64,000 bases of DNA from an uncultured Planctomycetaceae bacterium (GTDB lineage: Bacteria; Planctomycetota; Planctomycetia; Planctomycetales; Planctomycetaceae), in assembly GCA_963815195.1 (NCBI GenBank), contig CAWFGE010000013.1, forward strand, positions 64,001-128,000, written 5' to 3'. Under the pieces are notes generated by a model. It searched no databases. It saw nothing but the letters and a program-made list of their open reading frames with translations, and was not told the DNA's origin. Each line of letters begins with the position of its first letter. Within the stretch, counting starts at the first letter, position 1. The position numbers were made by a program, and so were the translations under genes. Positions 52,801-62,256 of the stretch are shown here, in pieces.

Positions 52801-54174
52801 GGCCCGCGTGAACAGAGCGAAGAGTTCATCGATGTCCCAATCCTCGGCGGCGACCTCGGCGACAATTTGCTGAGCGAGCACATCCAGCGGCGCTTCCGGG
52901 ATGATCGTCGTGTCCATCCGCCCCTGATGCACCGCGCGAACGAGAGCCATGCATTCGATCAACTCGTCCCGTGTGAGCGCAAACAATCGGCCTTTGGGGA
53001 CCAATCCCAGCGAGTGCCCCGACCGGCCGATCCGCTGCAGGAACGTGGCGATCGAGCGCGGCGATCCCAGTTGAATCACCAAATCGATGTAGCCCACGTC
53101 CAAACCGAGTTCCAGCGAAGCCGTCGCGACGACGGCTTTCAGTTCGCCGGTTTTCAGCCGTTGCTCGGTCTTCAAGCGGATGTCCGCCGACAGCGAACCA
53201 TGATGGCTGCCGACGTGGTCTTCGCCCAACAGTTCCGTGAGTTGATGCGTGATCCGCTCGGCCAATCGGCGGGTGTTGACGAAGATCAACGTACTCCGGT
53301 GCTGCCCGATGAGTTCGACGATCCGCTGGTTGACCTCGGCCCACTGCTCGTGCATGCAGACCGCGCCCAATTCGCTCGCCGGCACTTCGATCCCCAAATC
53401 CAATTCCCGCCCGTGGCCCACGTCGATAATCGTGCAGTTTTCCTCCCGCTCGCCCACGAGGTAGTCGGCCATCCGCTCGATCGGTTTTTGCGTCGCGGAC
53501 AGGCCGATCCGCTGGAGAGGCCTCCGGGTCACCGCTTCCAAACGTTCGAGCGTGAGCGACCAATGCGAGCCTCGCTTGTCGCGGACCAGGGCGTGGATTT
53601 CATCGACGATCACCGTCTCCACGTTTCGCAGGGTTTCCCGGGCCTTGGGCGAGGTGAGCATCAGATACAGCGATTCCGGCGTGGTCACCAGAATATGCGG
53701 CGGCCGGCGGACGAGAGCCGACCTTTGGGACGATGTGGTATCCCCGGTGCGAAGTCCCACGCGGATCGCGGGTTTGGCACTCCGCGGCGGAAGCAGCAAC
53801 GTCCGTTTGTCGAACAGCGTGCCCGACTCGAACGGAGTGGTCCGGTCTTCTTCAAACGCTTCCTCGGCCAGCGTGAAAATCTCGTCCAGCGGCACCTGGA
53901 GGTTCCGGTGCATGTCGTTGGACAACGCCCTAAGCGGCGAGACATACACCACTCGCGTCGATTCTTCCAAGTGGCCCGCGAACCACTCCTTGAACAACCG
54001 ATCGATGCAGGCGAGAAACGCGGTCAATGTTTTGCCGCTGCCGGTGGGGGCTGCGATCAGGGTATGCTGTCCCGAACCGATCGCCGGCCAGCCTTGTTGC
54101 TGAGGTTCCGTGGGACCGGCGAATCGCCGCTGGAACCACTCGGCGATCAGGGGGTGAAATCCATAAAACGACAT
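49803..54174 (-). CDS. lhr: Lhr-family ATP-dependent helicase (frameshift near 51010)
   Basis: APTGSGKT, DEIH, SAT, HHGSL, LELGLD and QRIGRSGH; C-terminal LLRRWGVVFRD...RGEIRGGRF...GEQF. Confidence 0.9.
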
Positions 54175-54241
54175 GGGGACGAACTTTGTGGCAAACAGTC
54201 GGGATTCATTCCATGAGACACCACAACATTCTACCAAATTA

Positions 54242-54253
54242 GAACAAATGTTC
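54242..54253. promoter_or_regulatory. GAAC-N4-GTTC palindrome, candidate LexA box upstream of lhr
   Basis: gaacaaatgttc lies about 70 nt upstream of the lhr ATG. Confidence 0.45.
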
Positions 54254-54310
54254 CAGCACTCGAAATTCTTCTGCAACCGGTTTGACACCCCGCAAACTCA
54301 ACCTATGTTT

Positions 54311-54494
54311 GCGGTGTTACTCTAATTGATGACCGCGTGCATCCGACGAGCGGACAGCAGGCGTTAGGCGAGTGACTAACACGAACGTTTGGCTGCATCG
54401 CCTTGGCGGTGCGGCCGAATCTCGGGCGCGGCAAGGAAAGCTGGGAGCTTTGAGGGGACCTTGCCGCGCTCATTTCTCTTTCTTCCGCCCGAGA
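54311..54494 (+). ncRNA. candidate structured small RNA or leader
   Basis: TTGACA-N16-TATGTT directly upstream; a series of hairpins with G-U pairs; final GC-rich stem followed by a U-rich tract. Confidence 0.4.
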
Positions 54495-54623
54495 AACTCC
54501 GCTCCGGGCAACGTGCGCCGACTTTTCGGGCTGTAAGCATCGTCCTGCCCGGCGAGCGCGGCTGCCGCCGATGAGAGAACTGTCTCCCCATTCCCCGCAG
54601 TCGAGCGATGGGACGTATCCGCC

Positions 54624-55016
54624 ATGAAAAATCATTTCCGGATGGCCCGGTGGGCGCTCGCGGCGGGATTCGGCGTGATGGTACTCATCGTGTGCTTGCC
54701 GAATCCCCGGCCTTCGCGCTCCTGGCGACTCGCGCAGCAAACCCGGCAGCAACGGCCAAAGCCAGAAGAAGCGGAGGCACAATTGGCAAACCGGCAGGTT
54801 CCCGGCGGCCAAGCGGACAAAACCTTCGCCGGAAATCCCCGCGGACCCTACCGCACCGCGCGCCTGCCCGATCGCTTTGAAGAGCGGTCCCAGGTGAAGC
54901 GCGTTCGCATCCAGGATCCGGTCTTCTTTGAGGATGAGCCGTCGGCCTCCTCAAACCTGGCCCCGGATCCTGTGCATTTGGAACCTCCGCAAGCGCCCTT
55001 CGGGCCAGGCTTTTGA
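54624..55016 (+). CDS. hypothetical protein with an N-terminal TM/signal segment
   Basis: 130 aa ATG ORF with a hydrophobic N-terminus. Confidence 0.5.
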   Translation: MKNHFRMARWALAAGFGVMVLIVCLPNPRPSRSWRLAQQTRQQRPKPEEAEAQLANRQVPGGQADKTFAGNPRGPYRTARLPDRFEERSQVKRVRIQDPVFFEDEPSASSNLAPDPVHLEPPQAPFGPGF

Positions 55017-55017
55017 A

Positions 55018-55230
55018 TCAGGACATTTGCCGAGGGAGGCCCGCGGCCGATTTCCGGCGGTCGAGGGCGATGGCTTCCTCCAAGAGATCGATCGCTCCAT
55101 CTAAATGGTCGGGCTCCATTTCCAGGACAAGCCGCAGGCTTTGCAGGATTTCTTGCAGATTGACGTTGGAACGCTGATCGCGCGGACGGCGCGTGCAAGA
55201 GCGAGAGCGGTCGTCGGTGGGGGAGAACAT
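55018..55230 (-). CDS. possible small helical protein
   Basis: MFSPTDD...LQEILQSLRLVLEMEPDHLDGAIDLLEEAIAL; AAGGA upstream of the start. Confidence 0.3.
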   Translation of the reverse strand: MFSPTDDRSRSCTRRPRDQRSNVNLQEILQSLRLVLEMEPDHLDGAIDLLEEAIALDRRKSAAGLPRQMS

Positions 55231-55502
55231 CAGGATCCTTGCCTCGAAGTTGGTCATTGGTGGAAGTTCATGCGACTAACTTCTGAATGACCAACGCCCC
55301 TCAAAACCCGACACGCGACTTGGGGCCGGGCATCCATTCGTGCTTTCTTTCGATTGTTCCACCACCGGACACGTCAATCTCCGTTGTCGTCAACTCGAAG
55401 GGCACTTTGTCATCCGGAAACTGGACGGAAACTTTCGCCGACCCGGCCACGATGCCTGTTGCACCGTCAAAATCACAAGGCGGAATTTGCGACCGTTGGA
55501 AT

Positions 55503-58337
55503 TCATAGAATCTGGAGTCCCTTGGGGAGCGATTCGCCGAAGATCAGGGTTTGTTCCTCGGCTTCCAGGGTGCCCACGTTTTCGATCAGCGCTTGAAAAT
55601 GGGCGGGGGCATCGCGCCGGTCGAGCCAGGCGAGGATCCGCTCGCGGGCTTTGGGCGAGACATCGCGGAAGCGGTCCTCGGTCCGGCGGGCGATCTGCAT
55701 AATCGCCAACGGGACCATCGGATCGTCGAAGTCGTCTTCCATCAACCGCTCGGTCCAGGCCTCGGCTTCGTGCGCGGGGATCACTCCATTGAGCGGGCCA
55801 TACAAGGGCATGCGGGCTCCCAATCGCCCAATGGCCCAGATCATGGCCGGGCGCACGGCTTCCAGTTTGGGCCGGCTGTAAAGACCCAAAATCATGCCCC
55901 CGAGTTCCAGTTTGCCGCCGACGCCGAGGCGTTCAAACGAACCGAGCATCCGCCAGATCTCGGCCTGCTCGTGGGTGTTGGAAGACAAGCCCGCTCCGCC
56001 TTTGCCGCGGCCGGTCGTCATCTGCTTGTGCATCTGCCGGATGGGAGCCAAGAGCGGCGATGCCAGCGCAATCTGCTGCCCGCTCGCCAGGCCGCCGCCG
56101 ATCCGCCGCCACAAAATCCACCACTCGGCCCGGCAGTGGGGGACGCCGTGCACGAGTTTGCCGTTCAATGCTTTCCACGTCTCCGCGACCCGCCAATCGT
56201 CGAGGGCCAATCCGTAGCCCGGCCGGAGCGAAAAGCCCAGCAGGTTCAGCCAGCGGGCTTCGTGGTCGGCGGATTTGCGGCGGCCGTCTTCGCGGTCCAT
56301 CAGGGCTTCCCAGATATTCCTGAGGAGTGACGAGGGCCATTCCAAGCGGCTGAGTTCGATCGACTTCGCGATTCGTTTGGCGAGGGCCGAGGGCTTGTCT
56401 TTTCCGGTTTTCCCGAACACGCCTGCGATGATTGCCAGCGTCTCGTTCCAGGCTTCCTCGTCCAAGACGCCTTCCTGCTCGGCGGCGGATTCGTGGGCGG
56501 CGATGTCGGTTTGCGTGGCGCTTCGGATGTCGAATTGCAGCCGCCAACTGCGGTTGCCCTCCGCCTCCCGGCACCCAAGTTCCAACGTGCCGATCTCGGT
56601 CAACCGGGCGTTCAAGACAATCGAAACCCGCTCGGCGAGGTTCTTTTTGCGGGTCTTGAGCACCGTGCGGATCGGCGGCAGGGCTTTCATTTGTTCGGGA
56701 TCGATGGGGACGAGTTCGCCCGCGCGGTCGGTGAGCCTCGTGCTCGAAACATAGAGCGGAAACTCGATCGGCTCGGACACGCGGAGCGAAAATTTCTGCT
56801 CGGTGATCTCCACGTCTTCGCCGGGCTCGGCACTGGCGGGCATCAAGCACAGGGCTTGATTGTCGGTGCCCGCGACGCCGACGTAATATGTCCGCGCGAG
56901 TCCCGCCGCGATGCGGACGCCCTCGCCCCGCCGAACCATGCCGTAATAAGACGCCCCCTGGGCAACCGCCAAATCCAAGCGTTCGTTCCGCAGGATCACA
57001 GGCTGCCAGTCCGGCTCGGCGGGCGTGGGAAACCAGGACGATAAGACGTCCAACAGCCGCCGGCGAAGCACTTCGGAAGCGAAAAACCCGCCGTTGAACA
57101 GCACGATGTCCGGGCGGGCGGGATCGTGGTCGGTGGGGAGTTCCTCGTCGCCGACGGTGACGTGCCGATGCGCGGTGAGGAACGCCGCGAGATACCGGGT
57201 GATCGCGGCGTCGGATGCGTAAGGCAGGCCAAACTCTTGAAAGCCCGACCGCCGAGCCTGGGGTTTGTCATCCAAGCCAACTTGAGGTAAGAAGCCTTCG
57301 AGCAGCACCTTGAGCGACTCGTCGCGGGTGACTTCGACTTGGAGTCCGCCGCCGATCAATCGGCTGCCGCTTCCGGGGAGATTCACCGTCAACCGGTCGG
57401 GAGCGTTCGCGCCGAGCAGGGTTTCCTTGACGTGCCGGCAGGCTTGCACGAGCACCGACCATTGCCGGGGTTCGAGCTTGCCGTCGCCTTTGAGTTTGCG
57501 TTCGAGATGATGCGCAAGCGCGAGGTCCAGGTTATCGCCGCCCAGGATCAGATGCTCGCCCACGGCCACGCGGTGGAACTGGATTTTATCGCCTTCGCCC
57601 TTACGGACGCGGATCAAGGTGAAGTCGGACGTGCCGCCGCCGATGTCTGCGATCAAAATCTTCTGCCCGGGGGCGACCAGGTCTTCCCAGGTGTCCTTGT
57701 GGGAATCGATCCAGGCGTAGAACGCGGCCTGTGGTTCTTCGATCAACACGACCCGCGGCAATCCCGCTTGCCGGGCCGCTTGAACGGTGAGTTCGCGGGC
57801 GACTTCATCGAAGGAAGCCGGCAGCGTGAGCACGATGTCCTGCTCCGCGAGCGGATTCTCGGAGTAGCGGTGATCCCACGCAGCGCGGAGATGCGCGAGA
57901 TACCGGGAGCTGACTTCCACAGGCGACAGCCGGGCCACGTCCGCCGCCCCGTGCCAAGGCAACAGCTCTTGGGTGCGATCGACGCCGGTGTGACACAGCC
58001 AACTCTTGGCGGAATCGATCACCCGCCCCGGCACGAGCCGGCCCTGCTCCCGCGCGAACACGCCGACCGCCGTGGCCCGACCCTTTTGCCAGGGCAGATC
58101 GAGCGAGGGTTCGGGAAACTCGCCCGTGGCGGATTCGTAATGGAATGACGGCAAGGTTTCCCGCGCGTCCACCTGTCCCGGGGCGACGAGTTGCGGCACA
58201 GAAAAGGTGCGGACTTTCCAAGCCTCGGCCGCGGTGTCCACAAAGGTCATCGCCGAGTTGGTGGTGCCCAAGTCGATGCCTACCACATACCGGCTCGCCT
58301 GCGTTTCCTGTCCCGCCAACCGCGTATCATCCGCCAC
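55503..58337 (-). CDS. Hsp70-family (DnaK-related) protein with a C-terminal extension (DUF3731-like)
   Basis: VGIDLGTTNS, TLPASFD, EEPQAAFY, DIGGGTSD and GGDNLD; tail containing WLNLLGFSLRPGYG and FGESLPKGL. Confidence 0.9.
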   Translation of the reverse strand: MADDTRLAGQETQASRYVVGIDLGTTNSAMTFVDTAAEAWKVRTFSVPQLVAPGQVDARETLPSFHYESATGEFPEPSLDLPWQKGRATAVGVFAREQGRLVPGRVIDSAKSWLCHTGVDRTQELLPWHGAADVARLSPVEVSSRYLAHLRAAWDHRYSENPLAEQDIVLTLPASFDEVARELTVQAARQAGLPRVVLIEEPQAAFYAWIDSHKDTWEDLVAPGQKILIADIGGGTSDFTLIRVRKGEGDKIQFHRVAVGEHLILGGDNLDLALAHHLERKLKGDGKLEPRQWSVLVQACRHVKETLLGANAPDRLTVNLPGSGSRLIGGGLQVEVTRDESLKVLLEGFLPQVGLDDKPQARRSGFQEFGLPYASDAAITRYLAAFLTAHRHVTVGDEELPTDHDPARPDIVLFNGGFFASEVLRRRLLDVLSSWFPTPAEPDWQPVILRNERLDLAVAQGASYYGMVRRGEGVRIAAGLARTYYVGVAGTDNQALCLMPASAEPGEDVEITEQKFSLRVSEPIEFPLYVSSTRLTDRAGELVPIDPEQMKALPPIRTVLKTRKKNLAERVSIVLNARLTEIGTLELGCREAEGNRSWRLQFDIRSATQTDIAAHESAAEQEGVLDEEAWNETLAIIAGVFGKTGKDKPSALAKRIAKSIELSRLEWPSSLLRNIWEALMDREDGRRKSADHEARWLNLLGFSLRPGYGLALDDWRVAETWKALNGKLVHGVPHCRAEWWILWRRIGGGLASGQQIALASPLLAPIRQMHKQMTTGRGKGGAGLSSNTHEQAEIWRMLGSFERLGVGGKLELGGMILGLYSRPKLEAVRPAMIWAIGRLGARMPLYGPLNGVIPAHEAEAWTERLMEDDFDDPMVPLAIMQIARRTEDRFRDVSPKARERILAWLDRRDAPAHFQALIENVGTLEAEEQTLIFGESLPKGLQIL

Positions 58338-58442
58338 GTTGCCGATCCGTTCGTTCCAGCCGAGCGGAACAACCTGCGGCCGGTGTCCGCGTCAGCCCAA
58401 GCCCCTCATCATCATGCCATAACGTCCATTCCATGATAGTGA

Positions 58443-59894
58443 CTACCCAAACGCCTTGAATAGCCCCACTGCAATCCCCGCCAGGAGGCCCAGGCCCAAA
58501 CCGACATAGAGCAGCGTGAGTGCCACGTCCTGGCCCTTTTTGGTGGCCGAGGTCGCCGGGGGCGTGCTTGCGCTGGGCGATTGGGAATGCGAGCCGGTCG
58601 CGGAGTAACCGGCATTGGAGTTGTTGCGGCGGGCGTTGCAATTGGGGCAGGTGTCCATCCTTTGGTTTTTGCGTGTCCAGGTATGCCCGCAGACGTTGCA
58701 GCGGAATTCGTAAGTGTCCTTGCAGTTCGGGCAGAACGAGACGGGCGAGCTGCCGGTCCAATCCCGTCCGCAGTGATCGCAATGGAACTTGTATTCGGGG
58801 AACAGACTCCCCCGGCTTCGCGGGAACCGCGAGGAGAACCCGTCGCCGTGCCCGCCCGCGTCCTCATTGCCCGATTCCCCGTGTCCCCCTGCACCAAAGG
58901 GGCCGCGGGAGAATGGGCTGCGCGAGAACGGCGAGCCGCTCGTCATCTGCGATGGCCGTTCGGCGGCGGCCTGGCGGGCGCGCGCGGCGGCGGCCTCGGC
59001 CCGGCGGCGAAGCTCGGTTTTGATCCAGTCGCGATCGTTCTCCGACAGTCCCGCCAGCGGATATTCCAACTTCTCGCCGTTCTTTTCGATGACCACGCTT
59101 TTGTCTTTGACGCCCTCGAATTTTCCCACCAGCGGAACGTCTCGCCGGTCGGTCCACACGCGGTAGCCTTTTTCGACTTCCTCCGGCGTCAGGCTCTGAA
59201 AACCGCTGCCTTCCGGAAACACCGGCCGGGCAAAATCTTTCGCCAGCACCTGCTTGACGTAGGTGATGTCGTCCTGGGAAAAGTTTACGACCGCAAATTC
59301 CTGCGCGGCTCCGCTGGCTTGCTTCAGCCGCAAAAAGCCCGGCGCCAAGACGCGGTCGAACCGCGCGGGCACTTTGAGCCCGGTCAGGTTCGTCCATGTC
59401 CGCACCTGATCCTCCACCAGCAATTCCGGCGAAGGCAGGGGCAGCCCGTACATCTCGGTCTCGACCGCAGGTTGTTGGAGGGGAAGATTCGGCACCGGGA
59501 CGTTCGGCGGAAAATTCCCGGCCACGGGCGGATAGCCCCCGATCGGCGGCGGGTTCGTCCCGTCGCCCTCCGCGCCATTCGCCGGTTTGACCGGCAGCCG
59601 ATCGGGATCGATGACGGGCTTGTTGTTCTCGGCGGCCATCAGCTGCAACAGCAAATCCTGTTGCCGGCGTTTGAGCATCAAGTCCACCAGATAATCCCGG
59701 TCCGCCAGGCTGAGGTCCGACAAGCTGACGCGCATCCGCTGACTGCCCGCCTTGAGGACGACTTTCCCATTCAAGACGCCGGTGTAGTCGGCCTTGATCT
59801 CATTTCCTTTGCGGTCTTTCCACGTGCGGGTCGCCCCGACACCCGAACCCTGCCACAAAACCAACAACGCCAATGCAAAGAGAGAAATTCTCAT
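58443..59894 (-). CDS. secreted, membrane-anchored protein with three SHD1-like repeats and a double Zn-ribbon
   Basis: Signal peptide; RTWxD...LSxxDxxY/W repeats three times; CDHC, CPNC, CNVC, CPNC; C-terminal TM. Confidence 0.8.
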   Translation of the reverse strand: MRISLFALALLVLWQGSGVGATRTWKDRKGNEIKADYTGVLNGKVVLKAGSQRMRVSLSDLSLADRDYLVDLMLKRRQQDLLLQLMAAENNKPVIDPDRLPVKPANGAEGDGTNPPPIGGYPPVAGNFPPNVPVPNLPLQQPAVETEMYGLPLPSPELLVEDQVRTWTNLTGLKVPARFDRVLAPGFLRLKQASGAAQEFAVVNFSQDDITYVKQVLAKDFARPVFPEGSGFQSLTPEEVEKGYRVWTDRRDVPLVGKFEGVKDKSVVIEKNGEKLEYPLAGLSENDRDWIKTELRRRAEAAAARARQAAAERPSQMTSGSPFSRSPFSRGPFGAGGHGESGNEDAGGHGDGFSSRFPRSRGSLFPEYKFHCDHCGRDWTGSSPVSFCPNCKDTYEFRCNVCGHTWTRKNQRMDTCPNCNARRNNSNAGYSATGSHSQSPSASTPPATSATKKGQDVALTLLYVGLGLGLLAGIAVGLFKAFG

Positions 59895-60184
59895 AAGCCT
59901 GAGTTCTCCAATAAGAATTCGACTGGAGAGTAAAAATGAGAAGTGCAAAAGAGCAAAACCTGCGACGCAGCCGGCCCCAAACAAGTTCCCGCAAATTTGG
60001 AAAGCCGGCGCGGAAAGTGCCCAAGAGAATCCCCGTCATCCTACTCAAAGCCCCCGCGGAATTCCAGAGGCGAAATGTGCTTTTGATTAGTCGCTTTCCG
60101 CGGCGAGCCAATCGCGGAGAGTCAAGAGCCGGAAACCAAAATGGATCGGCTCTTGGCTCTCCGCTCTTAGCCCTCCGCCTAACC

Positions 60185-61246
60185 TCACCGCGGGGTCAGG
60201 TCGCTGGTTTCGTCGAGGCTTAGACAGAATTGGGCGATGAGCCGGGCGGCGTTTTCCAGGTCTTTGAGGGACACGACTTCCACCGGGCTGTGCATGTAGC
60301 GGTTGGGAATGCCGATGAGGCCCGTGGCCACGCCGCCGCGGTTGATCTGCATGACGTTGCCGTCGTTCGAGGCGGCCCGCGAGATGCCGTTGACCTGCAT
60401 GGGAATTTCGTGCTTCCGGGCAAGATGGGCGAGCGTCTCGAACACGACGGGGTTGACGTTGGGCCCGCGGAACACGACCGGGCCTTGGCCGACCAGCACG
60501 CGGCCGAACTGGTTCTGATCGATGCCGGGGCAATCGGTGGCGTGGGTGACATCGACCGCGATGCCGACTTGGGGGTCGATCGTAAAGGCGCTGGTTTTCG
60601 CCCCGCGGAGGCCGATTTCCTCCTGCACGGTGGAGACGGCGAACACCGCGGCTTTGGGGTTCTGTTTTTGGATGAGCCGCAAGGCCTCAAACACGACCCA
60701 CACGCCGACCCGGTCGTCCATTCCCGCAGCGCTCGCCAGGTCGTTTCGCAGCGGATGAAAGCCCAGTTCCAACGTCACGGGATCGCCGATGGCGACGGCA
60801 TCGCGGGCCTCGGCTTCATTCTTGGCCCCGATGTCCAACCACAATTCCTGGATTTTCGGAACCTGCTTGCGTTCCTCTTCGGTCAGGAGGTGAATCGCTT
60901 TTCTGGCGATGACCCCGACGACGGGACCGGCTTTCGTCCAAACCTGCAATCGTTGCCCGATCAGCATTTGCATGTCCCATCCGCCGATGGGACTGACGCG
61001 GACAAAGCCCATCTCGTCAATGTGCTGCACGAGGAGCCCGATCTGGTCGCAATGCCCGGCCAGCATGATCCGGGGTCGTCCCGCGGGGTGGACCGCCGCG
61101 GCAACGTTCCCGTGCCAATCGGTGTTAATCTCATCGGCGAAAGGAGTTGCGAAATCGCGCACCACCTGCTGAATGCGGGCTTCGTAACCGGAAGGGCCGG
61201 GCGAATTGAGGAGATTTTTCAAGAATTCCAGGGAAGCGTTGTCCAT
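60185..61246 (-). CDS. M42-family metallopeptidase
   Basis: PSGYE, AGHCDQIG, DDRVG, QEEIGLRGA, DVTHA and RYMHSPVE. Confidence 0.93.
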   Translation of the reverse strand: MDNASLEFLKNLLNSPGPSGYEARIQQVVRDFATPFADEINTDWHGNVAAAVHPAGRPRIMLAGHCDQIGLLVQHIDEMGFVRVSPIGGWDMQMLIGQRLQVWTKAGPVVGVIARKAIHLLTEEERKQVPKIQELWLDIGAKNEAEARDAVAIGDPVTLELGFHPLRNDLASAAGMDDRVGVWVVFEALRLIQKQNPKAAVFAVSTVQEEIGLRGAKTSAFTIDPQVGIAVDVTHATDCPGIDQNQFGRVLVGQGPVVFRGPNVNPVVFETLAHLARKHEIPMQVNGISRAASNDGNVMQINRGGVATGLIGIPNRYMHSPVEVVSLKDLENAARLIAQFCLSLDETSDLTPR

Positions 61247-61417
61247 CGGGACCTCCATTTGGGACGCGGGCGGGATCGGGGAAAAACTGAACGGGAACCG
61301 GGTGAAACTCGGGGATGGTCGAGCGATTTATGTCACATGACAGATTGAGGCTTAACGGTATGGAATTCAATGGTTTATGAAAGTTTGCAGAAATTGAGAC
61401 TTTCCACGGGAAAACAT

Positions 61418-61446
61418 TTGACGCTCTGCATGGCGAACACTAAATT
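61418..61446 (+). promoter_or_regulatory. sigma70-type promoter
   Basis: TTGACG-N17-TAAATT with an AT-rich upstream region. Confidence 0.5.
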
Positions 61447-61862
61447 AGTGAGGATCAATCTATCGATTTTTGGGTTGGCGAGCATTGTAGCATCCTGGAC
61501 GAGCCGAAACACCCAACCCGTTTGAGGGCCCGCCGGAAAGTTGGGCCGATTTGAATTTGCCCTATTTCACATCATTCCCACTTTGATCAGGAAAGCGATG
61601 TAAGCCAAACACGGATGGACGCTGACACGGGTGAATCGCGTGTTTTTCTCCCCCGCTTGGGCGAGAGACACCACAGCTTCTCCACCATGCCGGTGGTTGT
61701 TTGGGGGTAAGGCACTCCCGGGCTTCACCCTTCTTCCCTTTTCCCATTTCAGGTAGGAATTCCTAACGAGCGAGAACATAAGCGAATTCTGCGGCAGTCA
61801 GGCTCTGGCAAAGGGCTAAAGCCTCATTCAACGCCGTTTCTATTCAACAGGGAGGAAAGAGT

Positions 61863-62120
61863 ATGACCCTGCGAATGATGTCTGACGCAACGTCGGAACT
61901 GACCGAACTGGTCGAACGTGTGATCCGGAACCGCACCGGAGGGCAAATTCGGGAACTGCGGGTGGATGTGTTCAACGGAGAGGTGATCCTCTCCGGGCAG
62001 ACCACCACCTACTACACCAAGCAATTGGCCACTCACGCGGCCCTCGATGCGGTCGAAAAGGAAATCGTTGGCAGGGACATGCCCTCGCTTTCGCTGACGA
62101 ATGACATTCGCGTCTGCTAA
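61863..62120 (+). CDS. small BON-domain-like protein
   Basis: GGAGG RBS; IRELRVDVFNGEVILSGQTTTYYTKQLATHA. Confidence 0.75.
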   Translation: MTLRMMSDATSELTELVERVIRNRTGGQIRELRVDVFNGEVILSGQTTTYYTKQLATHAALDAVEKEIVGRDMPSLSLTNDIRVC

Positions 62121-62256
62121 AGCGAGATTGTTTTGCCCATCGGGATCGAGCGGATTCACGGTTTGCTCGATCCTTTCTTTTGCGACCGCGCCCTGGCGCC
62201 CGTTGGCGAGAACCCTGCAAGGATGCCCCCTCTTGCACGATGCAAACTCGCACTCT

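Noticed and set aside
61790..61830. Possible c-di-GMP riboswitch (ggcaaa...ctaaagcc)
   Set aside because: The P2 stem and tetraloop-receptor architecture could not be built.
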